NCBI GenBank assembly: GCA_963727505.1
Contig: CAVSGP010000004.1
Span: 672,001-736,000 of the forward strand
Direction: 5' to 3'
Source: an uncultured Trueperaceae bacterium
Lineage (GTDB): Bacteria; Deinococcota; Deinococci; Deinococcales; Trueperaceae
Length of the DNA: 64,000 nucleotides
Position numbers and translations under genes: made by a program. The notes beneath the pieces are model-generated. The model searched no databases. It was not told where the DNA came from and worked only from the letters and a program-made list of their open reading frames with translations. Below, piece by piece: positions 62,554 to 64,000 of this stretch (the first letter of the stretch is position 1; every line of letters starts with the position of its first letter).

Positions 62554-62765
62554 CACGTTCTTCCTCGTGCACAGCAAAATGTCGGCCTTGTGATGCGTTC
62601 GGGGCTCAAAGCAGAGGAAGTGTACCACGGGCTTTCCATGAGAGTTTCTAGTCGGGACACCGCCCGGGAAGCGGCCGCGCCGCCGTCCAGGAGCGGGGCG
62701 CAGCCCTGTCCATCCGCCCGCGTGGCCCGCACGTCGCGACCCATGCGATGGCGCTGCCAGGCGCC

Positions 62766-64000
62766 TCAGAAGAGGCGGCCGGGGTCGAACGGCAGTCCGT
62801 GCAGCAGCGCCTGCGCGGCCGCCACCGGCGCGTCGTAACCGCGCGCCAGCTGCGTCAGGCTGGAACTGGCGGCGACCGTTGGGATGACGCCTCCGTCGAA
62901 CGCGCGCCCGTCGATGCCCTCCATGTTCGCGACCGCCACCATCACCACGCTGCCGTCGGGCAGGGTGAAGCCCTGCACCGCCTCGACGTTGCCGCGGGTG
63001 CGCTCACCCACCACCCGCGCACGACCCAGGTCCTGCAACACCAACGGCCCCACCTCGCCGGCCGAGCTGTTCTCCCGATCGACCAGCACGATCAGCGGAC
63101 CGTCGAAGCGCACCGGCCGCGCCAGCCGGTCCTCCTCCACCACGGTCCCGTCGTCCGCCACCAGGGTCGACACGCCCTCGCCGTCGACGACGGCGTAGCG
63201 CCCCTGCCACACCACGCCGCCGCGGCTCACGGCCAGCGCCCAGGCACCCTCCGTGAAGGCGCCCAGCACCAGGCCGAGCTGACCCAGGCGACCGCCATAG
63301 TTGCCGCGCATGTCCAGGATCAGGGAGCCCGCACCCTGCCGCTCGAGCTCCCCCAGAAGCTGGTGGAAACGCGTGCCGGTGGTCTGCAGGTTGAGGCTGG
63401 GGAGATAGATGTAGCCGGTGGTGGCGTCCAGCATCCGACCTGTCGGCTGCTCGGACAGCGTGCGGCGGGCCAGCAGTGCCGGGTGCAGGATGCGATCGAA
63501 CACCTGGCGGCCGCGCCGCGTGCCGATCGACACGTCGCCCGCCTGCACCGCGCGGCGCAGCACCGCCCCTGCGTCCCAGCGGGCAGTGCCGTCCAGCGTC
63601 TCGCTACCCACCCGCGTGATGACGTCCCCGCGCAGCACGCCGGCGCCGGCCGCCGGCGACCCGGGCAGCACCCGGGTGACGACCAGGCCCACGCCCTGCA
63701 GGTAGGCAGTCTCGACACCGATGGTGGGGGTCTCCTGCGGCGCGGTCGCGCCGCCTCCGTACGAGGCCAGCCCCAGCCAGCTCGAATGGTCGTCGTGCAC
63801 GGCATCGACCATCTGCCGCATGACGCTGTCGAAGGTGGCGCGCGAGCCGGCGTCGACCACCTCCGAGCGATAGCGCGCGGCCCACGCCTGCCAGTCCATC
63901 CAGCCGGGATCCCAGTAGCGGTCCCGGAAGACATCGACCAGGGCCTGGAACACCCGGTCCCGCCCCTGGCTCGACGCCCACAGCGGACCGGACGCAAACG
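62766..64000 (-). CDS. S41-family peptidase with PDZ domain; 5' end outside window
   Basis: DDHS, GSPAAGAGVLRGD (PDZ), LILDMRGNYGG and NSSAGE; frame open to the window edge. Confidence 0.85.
   Translation of the reverse strand, partial: FASGPLWASSQGRDRVFQALVDVFRDRYWDPGWMDWQAWAARYRSEVVDAGSRATFDSVMRQMVDAVHDDHSSWLGLASYGGGATAPQETPTIGVETAYLQGVGLVVTRVLPGSPAAGAGVLRGDVITRVGSETLDGTARWDAGAVLRRAVQAGDVSIGTRRGRQVFDRILHPALLARRTLSEQPTGRMLDATTGYIYLPSLNLQTTGTRFHQLLGELERQGAGSLILDMRGNYGGRLGQLGLVLGAFTEGAWALAVSRGGVVWQGRYAVVDGEGVSTLVADDGTVVEEDRLARPVRFDGPLIVLVDRENSSAGEVGPLVLQDLGRARVVGERTRGNVEAVQGFTLPDGSVVMVAVANMEGIDGRAFDGGVIPTVAASSSLTQLARGYDAPVAAAQALLHGLPFDPGRLF

Overview
High-GC bacterial chromosomal window, most likely from a Deinococcota (Truepera/Deinococcus/Thermus-like) genome. 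This assignment is inferred from bshA, a DdrA-like Rad52 protein, a DUF4384-PEGA envelope protein, LolA/LolCE/SurA-like envelope genes, the argG-GNAT-argH-GNAT cluster and many apparently leaderless genes. Most of the window is housekeeping: thrB, tsaD, fumC, purBCSH, gyrA, ftsE, argGH, ansA, proC, tgt, recX, an intein-containing class II ribonucleotide reductase, and tRNAs Pro(CGG), Asn(GTT) and Arg(CCG). The standout is an accessory block at about 36.5-43 kb. Three c-di-GMP-II-type riboswitch aptamers (two in tandem) precede two duplicated GH26 lipoprotein genes. These converge on a gene fusing a processive GT2 polysaccharide synthase to a C-terminal lytic-transglycosylase/GH23 (SLT) domain, and that gene is divergent from a 3D-domain gene. 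Together this is a candidate c-di-GMP-controlled surface-glycan synthesis and remodelling system. Regulatory signals not shown by the ORF track include an Arg-rich leader peptide with attenuator-like pairings plus ARG boxes before argG, leaderless micro-ORFs coupled by GTGA overlap to bshA and proC, five NrdR-like boxes upstream of nrdJ, a probable CTG start for the UDG gene, and a queuine-type TGT with a VUT transporter. All calls come from manual motif recognition; no database searches were run.
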